A stretch of DNA of 64,000 bases from an uncultured Thermoplasmata archaeon (GTDB lineage Archaea > Thermoplasmatota > Thermoplasmata > Halarchaeoplasmatales > Halarchaeoplasmataceae). The notes under the pieces are model-generated. The model had not been told where the DNA came from, made no database searches, and saw nothing but the letters and a program-made list of their open reading frames with translations. Location: positions 12,314 through 76,313 of the forward strand of contig CAZPCW010000001.1 of the NCBI GenBank assembly GCA_964585175.1, in the 5' to 3' direction. This document shows, piece after piece, positions 27,476-36,302 of this stretch; the stretch's first letter is position 1; each line of letters begins with the position of its first letter. The position numbers and the translations under genes were made by a program.

Positions 27476-29134
27476 ATGGATATAGAAATATTAGAACATT
27501 ACCAGAAGATGGAGATGTCCTTTAGGGATTACATACTTGGAGGTTTACTTCCATCTATAGTTCTATTTATCCTTATTGTTTTCTTCCCTAGTTTGATATT
27601 TCCCGAAATCCTTCTAGAAGGATTCTTGATGTTTTTTACTCAATATGTTCTTCCTACGGTGATTCTAGTTCTAGCTATACTTTTCCCCATAATTATTAGA
27701 AAATTGAAAAAGGAGGAAATCGATTCTTATCTTCATCTATTTATCACATTCTTTTATGCGTTATCCACTTCTGCCGTATCTGAAGCGAGGATGATAAAAA
27801 AGCTCTCGGAAGTCGACGAATACGAATCTTTGGCAGATGAGATTAAAAAGGTCTATAGTAGAATGGAATACTGGGATATGCCTTTACCTGAAGCGGCGAG
27901 GGACGTTGCGGATGAAACACCCAGTGAAAGGTTATCAGACTTTTTAACCAGGCTCGCCCACTCGCAGGAAGCCGGAGAGAACATGACTACCTTTCTCGAA
28001 AAAGAGCATTCTGTAGTTATGAAGGATTATGAAACAGAGTATAGATCCGCACTCGAGACGCTCGATCTACTGAAGGAAGTCTTTATCGCACTGATGACTT
28101 CGACTCTATTTCTTTTAGTCTTCCTGAGCATCCTTCCGATCTTTAGCGGTACTTCGGCGATGCTGCTTTTAACGGGAGGATTAGTTGTATTCATAATAAC
28201 GGAGGTGATCATGGCCGTAGCCGTAAAAACCGTCATGCCAAATGATCCCATTTGGCATCAATTAAATAGAAGACCTCCTCTGACGAGTAAGCTAAAAAAA
28301 GTAATACCCGCCTGTGTAGTGGGAGCTGTAGTACTTTTCTTTGTATTGGTATCCTACATACAATTAGATATATTTTGGATAGTCGCTATTTCACTGAGTC
28401 CTTTCATAGCCCCGGGTTTGATGATATATTTCTCTGAAAAGGAATTGAAAAGGTCTGATAATAACTACGATGCGTTCATGAGAGCTATAGCGAGTAGTAT
28501 CGCGATGAAAGGAGGAAGTGTAGAGAACGCTTTACAAAAACTGAGGCAGTACGATTTCGGACCACTAACTGAAGAGATCGAAAAACTATACAAAAGGTTG
28601 CTGACTAGGATCGACGAAGAAAAAGCTTGGAGATTTTTCGCTTCTGGTACTGGAAGCAATCTTATAGCCACTTTTACGAACATATATAACGGTTCGACAG
28701 ATTTAGGTGCCAATGTCAGAGATGTCAGCGATATAATCTCAGACACGTTCGTTAGAATCCTTTCTTTGAGAAAAGATAGATATCAGCAGGCTTCCGGCAT
28801 GATAGGGATCTTTTATGGGTTGGGCCTTGGTGCCGCACTGACTCTTACTTTGACCTTGAACATATCGGTTATGATGAACGATTCGATCGGGATGGTCACT
28901 CAAACATCAGAATTTTCAAACATTCTGCACCAAGTTCAATACAGCCCTCAGATGATCCAAATATTTATCCTGGCTGCGATACTTGTACACGCCATATTTG
29001 CTTCTCTCTCTTTGGTGATGTCTGCAGGTAGTCATAAGCTGTCGATCCTTTACCACACCGTAGGTATGACCTGGATAGGAGTCGTTTCCTCTTTGATCGC
29101 TCGTTCGGTAATGAGCGGACTTATTGGGGTGTGA
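27476..29134 (+). CDS. arlJ: ArlJ (FlaJ) archaellum platform membrane protein (TadC/GspF family)
   Basis: 552 aa, polytopic (multiple long hydrophobic segments), two cytoplasmic domains. Its position after arlI is canonical. Confidence 0.75.
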   Translation: MDIEILEHYQKMEMSFRDYILGGLLPSIVLFILIVFFPSLIFPEILLEGFLMFFTQYVLPTVILVLAILFPIIIRKLKKEEIDSYLHLFITFFYALSTSAVSEARMIKKLSEVDEYESLADEIKKVYSRMEYWDMPLPEAARDVADETPSERLSDFLTRLAHSQEAGENMTTFLEKEHSVVMKDYETEYRSALETLDLLKEVFIALMTSTLFLLVFLSILPIFSGTSAMLLLTGGLVVFIITEVIMAVAVKTVMPNDPIWHQLNRRPPLTSKLKKVIPACVVGAVVLFFVLVSYIQLDIFWIVAISLSPFIAPGLMIYFSEKELKRSDNNYDAFMRAIASSIAMKGGSVENALQKLRQYDFGPLTEEIEKLYKRLLTRIDEEKAWRFFASGTGSNLIATFTNIYNGSTDLGANVRDVSDIISDTFVRILSLRKDRYQQASGMIGIFYGLGLGAALTLTLTLNISVMMNDSIGMVTQTSEFSNILHQVQYSPQMIQIFILAAILVHAIFASLSLVMSAGSHKLSILYHTVGMTWIGVVSSLIARSVMSGLIGV

Positions 29135-29140
29135 TCATAG

Positions 29141-30751
29141 ATGGAGAGGAAGTTAAAAGCCCATATGAAAAAAAATCCCTTTTTAGGGAGCTACATAAAA
29201 AGGGTCAGAAGAGAAGTAGGTGTGCCAAAATTTAGAGAGGAATGTCCAGATTGGGGAGACGTGAGGGATGATTTCAATATAATGTATCCCATAACAGATC
29301 TAGTTTATATCCATTGTTACGTTTCCGAGGACGAAGAGAAGCATTATATCGCGGTAGAACCCCCACTAAATGAAGAAAGGCAGGAAAAACTTGAGAAGGC
29401 TAAGAAGTATATCTATAGAGAGGCGGATTACGAGAAGGAGATCGAATACAGAGAAGAATTGAGGGAAATGATCCATGATATTTTTGACAGGATCGTGGGT
29501 GAAGGAGGAGGTTTCTTTTCGAAACTCCAAGGTAGGACATTAGACGTAGATGATGATGAGATACCTATCTTGAAATATTATGTTGTGAGAGACCTAGTAG
29601 ATTATGGAGTTCTTGATCCACTGATCAACGATCCTAATATCGAAGATATAAATTGTGTGGGAACAGAGCCTCTTACTATTATTCACCAAACATTTGGAAG
29701 GATAAAAACGAACATCTCATTTGACTCTGAATTTGAATTAGATGAATATCTGAAAAGACTAAGCCAAAGAATAGGCAGTCCGGTCGGTGAAGCTCATCCC
29801 ATCGTGGATACGGCTATGCCGGACGGATCTAGAATAAACATCGTTTATCCAGAAGATGTTTCTACCAAAGGCAGATCATTCACGATACGAAAATTTCCAG
29901 ATGATCCTATCTCTATAACCAATCTTATTGAATGGAATACTTTATCCCCAGAATTGGCTGGATATATATGGCTCTGTTTGGAAAACTCCATGTCCATCTT
30001 CATATGCGGAGAAACAGCTTCGGGTAAAACAACTACTCTGAACGCTTTTCTCCCTTTCATACACCTTGATAGTAAACTTTACAGCGTGGAAGACACCCCT
30101 GAAGTGCAGCCACCACACGATAATTGGCAGCAACTCATAGTCAGAGAAGAGGGAGCAGAAGATGAGCAGGTCGGTCAGTTCGATCTTTTGAGAGCAGCCC
30201 TCCGTTCAAGGCCAGATTATATAGTTCCCAGTGAGATAAGAGGAGAAGAAGGTAGAGTGGCGTTTCAGGGCATGCAGACAGGCCATCCTGTCATATCGAC
30301 TTTCCATGCCGACTCCATACACAGGATGATCCAGCGACTAACCGGCGAGCCTATCAGGATCCCGATAACTTTCATAGATAATCTGAACGTAGCGGTGATA
30401 CAAGACAGCTTTAGAACCAAAGGGGCCGTTTTGAGAAGAGTAACTGAGGTTGGAGAGATCATGGGTTACTCTGAAGAACAGGATGGAGTGATGATGAGGG
30501 TGGTATTCAAAAGAAATGAACAGGAAGATGAGCTGGAATTCGAAGGTATGTACAACAGCTTTATTCTAGAGGATAAGATCGCACAGATCCAAGGTTACGA
30601 CGATACTAGAAAAATCTACGATGTGATGGAAGAAAGAGCCCAGTTCTTAGAAGATCTCACGAGAAAAGGTATCTACGATTACGATAAGGTGGCGCAGCTG
30701 ATAGACGAATACAGGAAAGGCGGTAGAGAAAATCTTTCAATAAGGCTTTAA
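29141..30751 (+). CDS. Second ArlI/FlaI-like secretion-family ATPase (paralog)
   Basis: Walker A motif CGETASGKTTTLNAFLPFI, His box STFHADS, and the same domain order as ArlI (about 45% identity by eye: MYPITDLVYIHCY against IYPIGDPIFVHVY). It sits 7 nt after arlJ with no adjacent second TadC-like gene. Confidence 0.7.
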   Translation: MERKLKAHMKKNPFLGSYIKRVRREVGVPKFREECPDWGDVRDDFNIMYPITDLVYIHCYVSEDEEKHYIAVEPPLNEERQEKLEKAKKYIYREADYEKEIEYREELREMIHDIFDRIVGEGGGFFSKLQGRTLDVDDDEIPILKYYVVRDLVDYGVLDPLINDPNIEDINCVGTEPLTIIHQTFGRIKTNISFDSEFELDEYLKRLSQRIGSPVGEAHPIVDTAMPDGSRINIVYPEDVSTKGRSFTIRKFPDDPISITNLIEWNTLSPELAGYIWLCLENSMSIFICGETASGKTTTLNAFLPFIHLDSKLYSVEDTPEVQPPHDNWQQLIVREEGAEDEQVGQFDLLRAALRSRPDYIVPSEIRGEEGRVAFQGMQTGHPVISTFHADSIHRMIQRLTGEPIRIPITFIDNLNVAVIQDSFRTKGAVLRRVTEVGEIMGYSEEQDGVMMRVVFKRNEQEDELEFEGMYNSFILEDKIAQIQGYDDTRKIYDVMEERAQFLEDLTRKGIYDYDKVAQLIDEYRKGGRENLSIRL

Positions 30752-30775
30752 AAATCGCTTATCGGCTTCTCTCCC

Positions 30776-31651
30776 TCATTTATTATATTGATTTTCTAAG
30801 TAATTTATATTAGAATAGATATCTTCAATACGAGCTTCAGTCAAACCGATCAAAGGTCGTAAAATCAGAGTGTCTATTTCTTTTTTAGAGAAATTTGGTA
30901 ATCTTTCTCCGAGAACTATCGCCTCGATCTCTTCGGGCAGATCCTTATCTAGCATCTCCTTTAAACTAGAAACTTCTTCCTTTCTCAGATTCGGATCCCA
31001 TCTCTCTAATTTATTACCCCACTTAGGATCGCTAAAATAAACGTATGGTCTCGCACCTCTTTTCATCATCAACCATGTTGCGATTAAATCCGTTCTATCA
31101 TCTACATATGCGGCTACTTTACCCTGAGAACTTAAAGGCAAACCGCCTGGTCCATTTTTCCCGTTCTTGATTATATATGCCCTGTTGTGTCTTATCTCTA
31201 TTTTGAACTTGTGATCAGGTTCATCTAGGTTTACTTCTAACTCCGGATTTTCTTTTAGAATCAAGGCCCCTAGCTCTTCTTCTATATCTTGGCTACCAAA
31301 TTCGTGATCTCCTACCCTTTTGACTCTGACAGCGAATTGACCGTCGATATCATCTGCAAATCTTTCAGCTTCTTCTTTGATTTTTCTTAAATCCGCTTCG
31401 ATAGATTCTATTTCTTCACATTTACTATAAGAGACGACTCCGAATATTCTAGAGAAGAATCCGGCGTTTTTTTCCTGCGTATAAGCAAATATCCTTCCAT
31501 GATGGCGTCCCTCCACAATCACTTCTTTATCTCTAGAAAGAAAAGTTCTCTCTATGTTTTGTATCAATATATTTTTAAAATCCTTACGAATCCTAGGGCT
31601 TTTCGTTCCGAGTTCTCCGTAACGAATCAGATATAACTGAAAATCACTCAT
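30776..31651 (-). CDS. ThiI-like THUMP-domain protein with a degenerate PP-loop (short paralog of tRNA 4-thiouridine synthase)
   Basis: N-terminal ferredoxin-like plus THUMP region (LIRYGELGTKSPRIRKDFKNILIQNI). The C-terminal half aligns to the ThiI adenylation domain (LMMKRGARPYVYF, LILRPLIGLTE). At the SGGxDS PP-loop position the nucleotides at 31090-31140 read GKVAAYVDDRTDLIA. Only 291 aa. Confidence 0.55.
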   Translation of the reverse strand: MSDFQLYLIRYGELGTKSPRIRKDFKNILIQNIERTFLSRDKEVIVEGRHHGRIFAYTQEKNAGFFSRIFGVVSYSKCEEIESIEADLRKIKEEAERFADDIDGQFAVRVKRVGDHEFGSQDIEEELGALILKENPELEVNLDEPDHKFKIEIRHNRAYIIKNGKNGPGGLPLSSQGKVAAYVDDRTDLIATWLMMKRGARPYVYFSDPKWGNKLERWDPNLRKEEVSSLKEMLDKDLPEEIEAIVLGERLPNFSKKEIDTLILRPLIGLTEARIEDIYSNINYLENQYNK

Positions 31652-31670
31652 GTATATCTTTCCTTTTGAA

Positions 31671-32192
31671 TCACCAGCTGCCTTCGTGTATCAATTCTTC
31701 TGCACTCATCTTTTCAGGAGAAGTTGGTTCTTCTGTCGGATACCCGACAGGTATCATTGTTACCGGTCTAACTCCCGCAGGAATTTTAAGCTGATCCGCC
31801 ACTTTTTCTTCCTCAAAGGCCCCTACCCAAACTGCGGCATAACCTTTGTCGACTACGGCTAAGAGCATATTTTCTACCGCAGCGCTAGCGTCCTGTATAG
31901 AATACAGTTCTCTTCCTCTATCTCCATATCTTTCCGCAGATCTTTCTTTATTGGCACAAACCACTATCACCCATGCAGCTTCGCCGATAAACGATTGCCC
32001 GTGAGCATTTTTTACTAACTTTTGCTTTTCTTTCTCATCTCCAACGAGAATAAAATCTCTAGCCTGAAGATTACCAGCGGAAGGGGCCATATGTCCCAGC
32101 TCGATGATCTCTTCGATATCCTCTTTAGGAATATCTTTTTCTTTGAAACTCCTCACGCTTCGTCTCTTCTTGACCACTTCCCTAAACTCCAT
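31671..32192 (-). CDS. Nitroreductase-family NAD(P)H-flavin oxidoreductase
   Basis: RRSVRSFKEKDIPKEDIEEIIELGHMAPSAGNLQARDFILV. The likely start is MEFREV at 32190-32192, which abuts the flavodoxin stop; the track start at 32240 is over-extended. Confidence 0.7.
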   Translation of the reverse strand: MEFREVVKKRRSVRSFKEKDIPKEDIEEIIELGHMAPSAGNLQARDFILVGDEKEKQKLVKNAHGQSFIGEAAWVIVVCANKERSAERYGDRGRELYSIQDASAAVENMLLAVVDKGYAAVWVGAFEEEKVADQLKIPAGVRPVTMIPVGYPTEEPTSPEKMSAEELIHEGSW

Positions 32193-32194
32193 TT

Positions 32195-32686
32195 CTAGAC
32201 CTCCAAACCCGATATTTTTTCCATAAATTCGGCCATCCATTCACCGTAATAACGGCATTGTTTGAGTTCGTTTTCGTCGGGATCACCGATCACTACGGGA
32301 CCGTAGTGATCTCCTTTAGGCATGCCTTTTACTATCATCCCGTGTATGATCAAGCTTTCTAGAAGCGCCATGATAGTGGTTTCGTTTCCTCCGGCGGTAT
32401 TAGCGCTAGAGGTGAAGGCGCCACCTACGATTCCATCAAGATCTCCGTGATGAGTTATACTTTCATCCAAAAATTCCTTCATTTCAGCACTGGGAAGTCC
32501 GTAATAAGTGGGAGATCCGAGTATAATACAGTCGTATTCAGGCAGAGACTCTACGTCAGCTTCTTCGACTGACTTCAAATCTATCTCAATAGAGGCGTCG
32601 CTTTCTTCCGCACCCTCAACTATCTTTTCGGCCATTTCTTCAGTCGTACCACCCTTCGAATAATAACAGACTAACATCTTCGACAT
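32195..32686 (-). CDS. Flavodoxin-like FMN-binding protein
   Basis: MSKMLVCYYSKGGTTEEMAEKIVEGAEE matches the flavodoxin phosphate-binding loop (S/T-x-T-G-x-T). 163 aa. Confidence 0.65.
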   Translation of the reverse strand: MSKMLVCYYSKGGTTEEMAEKIVEGAEESDASIEIDLKSVEEADVESLPEYDCIILGSPTYYGLPSAEMKEFLDESITHHGDLDGIVGGAFTSSANTAGGNETTIMALLESLIIHGMIVKGMPKGDHYGPVVIGDPDENELKQCRYYGEWMAEFMEKISGLEV

Positions 32687-32744
32687 ATTATCGAATTCAT
32701 ATAGTTCTCTCGTTTAATATGTTTTGCTTCCCTCGTATTTCGGA

Positions 32745-33740
32745 TCACTCTTCTCTTTTTTTCTCCTCAAGTTCACAAAGTAGATCAACTATTTCCTCGG
32801 ATTTTTCCTTTTCTAGGGAGACCTCTTCATCATAAAACCCAGATTTTTTTTCTCCCACAAATTGACCGATATTAGTCAATTTTAGGATTATATCCTCTGT
32901 TTTGATCACCTTTTTTTCTTCCAACCTCGTGATAATGCTTTTAAACCTCTCCAAATCCAGGTTGAGGGTCTCAGCTATCTTAGTAGCCAAAAATTGGTTA
33001 CCGCTCTCAAGAGAATTCAAAATTTTTACGACTTTCAATTCCTTTTGATTTAAAGTAGGGATCTTTTGTTCTTCTCTCAAGAAGCAACTCTCAAAGTACT
33101 GTAAAATCATCGAGACTGAAGTATTGACGGGATATATCACATCCACTATCACTTCATCTTCGTTCTCGTTTTCCCCGTCTTCGTAATATATTTTTAAAGA
33201 GTTTTTACCCTTCAGTTCCTCAGTAGCCACGAACAAAATCTTCTTTCGGGGGATCGCTAAAAGTCTATTGTCTTCTCCAAGTATCTGAACGTGCTCTGTA
33301 CCCTTACCTCTATATTTTCCTTCTTTCCATTCTTTATCCTTATTTACCTTTTCTCCGACTTGATATTTTGTTATGTAATTAATCTTGGCACCCGACATTA
33401 TTTGCCTTAAAATAGTTCTTTTAAGCTTTCTTTTAGAAGAAGTTTTTATCAACGCTAGATATCCGCCGTCGGAGGTCATGAAATTAAATGTCAATACGTT
33501 GTGTTCCCTAGCTTTCAAAAAGTTTATCTGACGATCGAGGTAAAAAATTGAGTTCAATTCGATCCTTTTGGTCTCTTCCTTCGTTTCATATATAAGTTTA
33601 TCTGGGGTGAGATATATCTTGGAAGGTGTCCATTCTTTTTCTTTGTAAAAATCCTCTTCAACTTCATTGATAGTTCCCGCAGGTATGATCGCTTGTACTT
33701 CCTCCTCAAACTGAACATTTCTTCTACCTATATTAAACAC
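32745..33740 (-). CDS. CheF-like protein (archaea-specific che/archaellum adaptor family, DUF439-like), paralog A
   Basis: Co-linear homology with the two tandem genes at 38957 and 39880: AIIPAG..., (K)IYLT/YLVYK, LIKTS.K..LKRTIL, ...KDKEW.KG, IYYED/IRYEKDDEE, and a C-terminal winged-helix-like region. It is co-operonic with a PAS-HK, a REC and a CheB-methylesterase domain protein. Confidence 0.5.
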   Translation of the reverse strand: MFNIGRRNVQFEEEVQAIIPAGTINEVEEDFYKEKEWTPSKIYLTPDKLIYETKEETKRIELNSIFYLDRQINFLKAREHNVLTFNFMTSDGGYLALIKTSSKRKLKRTILRQIMSGAKINYITKYQVGEKVNKDKEWKEGKYRGKGTEHVQILGEDNRLLAIPRKKILFVATEELKGKNSLKIYYEDGENENEDEVIVDVIYPVNTSVSMILQYFESCFLREEQKIPTLNQKELKVVKILNSLESGNQFLATKIAETLNLDLERFKSIITRLEEKKVIKTEDIILKLTNIGQFVGEKKSGFYDEEVSLEKEKSEEIVDLLCELEEKKREE

Positions 33741-33747
33741 CTCAGAA

Positions 33748-34320
33748 TCACTTCTTAAACAATTCTATAAGTTTAGCTCTGATACCTTCGGGTTTTAAGA
33801 TAAACTCCACACTGCCGGTATCTATAGCACCCTCGGGCATATGTGATATTATCGCGGAAGAGACTTTTTGTGCTATAGTGGTGCCTCCAATGCTGTCTAT
33901 ATGCTCAATACCTTCGATACCGTCATGCCCTATCCCGCTCAGTAAGATGCCTACATACTCATGATCCTTTTTTATATCTAAACTTTTCATCACCCCGTCT
34001 ATAGAAGGACAAGCAAAACTTTCTTTAGGACATTTGGAAAAAGAAATTTTAGAGTTATCTTTTATATCGAGTTGCTTTTTCGAAGGTGCAATATAGATCG
34101 TTCCGCTTGACAAGCGTTCGTCCTCCGCAAGTTTCACTTCCATTTTCGTGAGACTGTTGATCCTTTTTACCATACCTTCGTTTAGCTGTTTAGACATGTG
34201 CTGAACGATTATTATAGCCGCGTCTAACTCGGGCAGATGGGAGAATATAACTTTTAAAGCGTTGGGTCCCCCAGTCCCGGAACCTATAACTACTATATTT
34301 TTGCACAATTCAGACGACAT
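33748..34320 (-). CDS. Standalone CheB-type methylesterase catalytic domain (no receiver domain)
   Basis: VVIGSGTGGPNALKVIFSHLPELDAAIIIVQHMSKQL, IYIAP, CPSIDGVM, LSGIGHDGIEGIEHIDSIGGTTIAQ. The Ser-His-Asp triad positions are present. 190 aa. Confidence 0.75.
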   Translation of the reverse strand: MSSELCKNIVVIGSGTGGPNALKVIFSHLPELDAAIIIVQHMSKQLNEGMVKRINSLTKMEVKLAEDERLSSGTIYIAPSKKQLDIKDNSKISFSKCPKESFACPSIDGVMKSLDIKKDHEYVGILLSGIGHDGIEGIEHIDSIGGTTIAQKVSSAIISHMPEGAIDTGSVEFILKPEGIRAKLIELFKK

Positions 34321-34327
34321 ATTTTCA

Positions 34328-34702
34328 TTATTCCATATATTTCCAATATTCCGAGATCTTTTCTTTTATTTCTTCACTAGTTACTGGTTTCCGGATATAA
34401 TCTATAACGTACTTTTGAAGATCCTTTCTATTTTCAGCCGGTGAATCCTTTGCCGTGAGCATCGATATCACAATATTCTGCATGTCAAATCTGTCCGCGA
34501 TCCCTCGAACCGTCTCCCATCCGTCCATATCGGGCATCATCACGTCCATCAATATTATACCTTCAAAACCTTCGTCTAAAGTATCCAAACATTCTTTTCC
34601 GCTCTCTACCGTTATCACTTCTAAATCCTCGTCTTCCAATATCCTCTCTAAAGTATAGAGGAGGTGAGGATCATCATCCACGATCATGATTTTTCTATCC
34701 AT
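34328..34702 (-). CDS. Single-domain response regulator (REC)
   Basis: KIMIVDDDPHLL...GIILMDVMMPDMDGWETV...YIRKPV is a CheY-like receiver fold with the phospho-acceptor Asp in MDVMMP. Its stop is adjacent to the HK start. Confidence 0.8.
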   Translation of the reverse strand: MDRKIMIVDDDPHLLYTLERILEDEDLEVITVESGKECLDTLDEGFEGIILMDVMMPDMDGWETVRGIADRFDMQNIVISMLTAKDSPAENRKDLQKYVIDYIRKPVTSEEIKEKISEYWKYME

Positions 34703-36163
34703 CTAAAGCATCTCCTTCTGTTCTTTGGGCAGTTCTATACAGAAGACAGTCCCTTTTCCATCTTCAGATCTTTCTGCCCATATATTGCCATTGTGGTTTT
34801 CTATTATATATTTTGAGATTGGTAAACCCAAACCGGTGGATTCTAGTTTATGTTTAGTTTTTCCGGTAGTATAAAAGTACTTAAAGATATTCTCTAACTC
34901 TTCTTCTTCCAAATTTCCACCCGTATCTCGGAACTTGATGATAACCGAATCCTCTTTTTCCTCCGCACCGATAAACATTTTACCTTCTTTAGATAAATGT
35001 TCAAGAGAGTTTTTAGCTAAATTATCGAATACTTCAAAAAGACCCATCTTGTCAACTTCTATCCGGGTATCTAACTCGATTTCATTCCTAAATTCTATAT
35101 TCCACTTTTCTTCTATCTCATCCAAATTTCGCCCCTTGAAGTTCGACAACCAATCTTCAACAAGTTCTTTAACTTGAACAGATTGCAGACCCGTTTTTCT
35201 ACCGCTTTTACTGTATTCAGCTATCTTCAATATGTGTTCAAGCAATTCTTTCAGGTAAAGCGCATTTTTTTCACAGATTTCTAGGTCTTTTTGGATGATT
35301 TCATCGTCAAGCTTTTTGCCAACTTTGTCTTTCACCATAGGAATCAAATTGACCAATGGACTCACCGGTGTTTTGAGGTCATGACTCAATCTATGTATTA
35401 TATTTTCTCTCTCTTCTAAAAGATCTTTCAATCTTTGTTCAGCTTTTTTTCTTTCCGTCACGTCTTCCGCAAATCCTAAATATCGATCTTTCGATATTTT
35501 TACCGCATTTACTATCCAATACCCTTTAGACCCGCCTTTTCTTTTGTAAGGGAGTTCTATTTTCATCTTTCCTCTTTCGAGAAGTTTATCAAAAGACTCT
35601 TTCGCCTTCCCTCGAGCGTTAGAAGTAGTTATATCTGATATATTCATTTCTAGCATCTCTTTTTCTGAATATCCAGTCATCTCACAGGCGCTTTCATTGA
35701 TTTCGAGATAGTCACCCTTCGAATCGACTACGAAGACGCCGCTCGGTGCATTTTCTACATAACTTCGAAATTTTTCTTCACTTTTCTTTAATTCCTCCTC
35801 GGCTTTTTTTCTCTCAGTTATATCTCTAGCTACGCTCAGTACAACTTTTTCATCTTTGAATTTAATCAGTGAGGAATTTATTTCGACAGGTATCTTCCTT
35901 CCATCCTTTGTTTCGTGTTCAGCCTTAAAAGTGAGATGTCCTCTTTTCTTTATTTCCTCCAATCTCCCCTCTACCAAGGGTTTGCTCTCTTCAGAATCTA
36001 ATTCATAAGGCGTCATCTCCATAAATTCATCTCTACTGTATCCATATCTTTCTACGGCGGCTCTATTTACCTTTATGAATCCACCATCTAGATTATGGAC
36101 GAAAACGGCGTCCTTCATCCCGTCCAAGATATGTTCGTATTTTTTTTCATCATCAAAAGACAT
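34703..36163 (-). CDS. PAS/PAC sensor histidine kinase
   Basis: Two PAS-like segments (AVFVHNLDGGFIKVNRAAVERYGYSRDEF...; GVFVVDSKGDYLEINESACEMTGYSEKEM), H-box IIHRLSHDLKTPVSP, and HATPase_c G-boxes (FRDTGGNLEEEELENIF, TGLGLPISKYIIENHNGNIWAE). Confidence 0.8.
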   Translation of the reverse strand: MSFDDEKKYEHILDGMKDAVFVHNLDGGFIKVNRAAVERYGYSRDEFMEMTPYELDSEESKPLVEGRLEEIKKRGHLTFKAEHETKDGRKIPVEINSSLIKFKDEKVVLSVARDITERKKAEEELKKSEEKFRSYVENAPSGVFVVDSKGDYLEINESACEMTGYSEKEMLEMNISDITTSNARGKAKESFDKLLERGKMKIELPYKRKGGSKGYWIVNAVKISKDRYLGFAEDVTERKKAEQRLKDLLEERENIIHRLSHDLKTPVSPLVNLIPMVKDKVGKKLDDEIIQKDLEICEKNALYLKELLEHILKIAEYSKSGRKTGLQSVQVKELVEDWLSNFKGRNLDEIEEKWNIEFRNEIELDTRIEVDKMGLFEVFDNLAKNSLEHLSKEGKMFIGAEEKEDSVIIKFRDTGGNLEEEELENIFKYFYTTGKTKHKLESTGLGLPISKYIIENHNGNIWAERSEDGKGTVFCIELPKEQKEML

Positions 36164-36302
36164 GATTAGCTTCCCCCGGCCTTTAATTCTTTATCTCTAC
36201 TCTTCTTTATAAAGGTAACTTTTTCATAAACAGGGGTTAGTAAATTTCAGTTTCTGAAAAGTTACAGGAACTTTTTTTTAGTTTCTCTCTTATGACCGTT
36301 TA

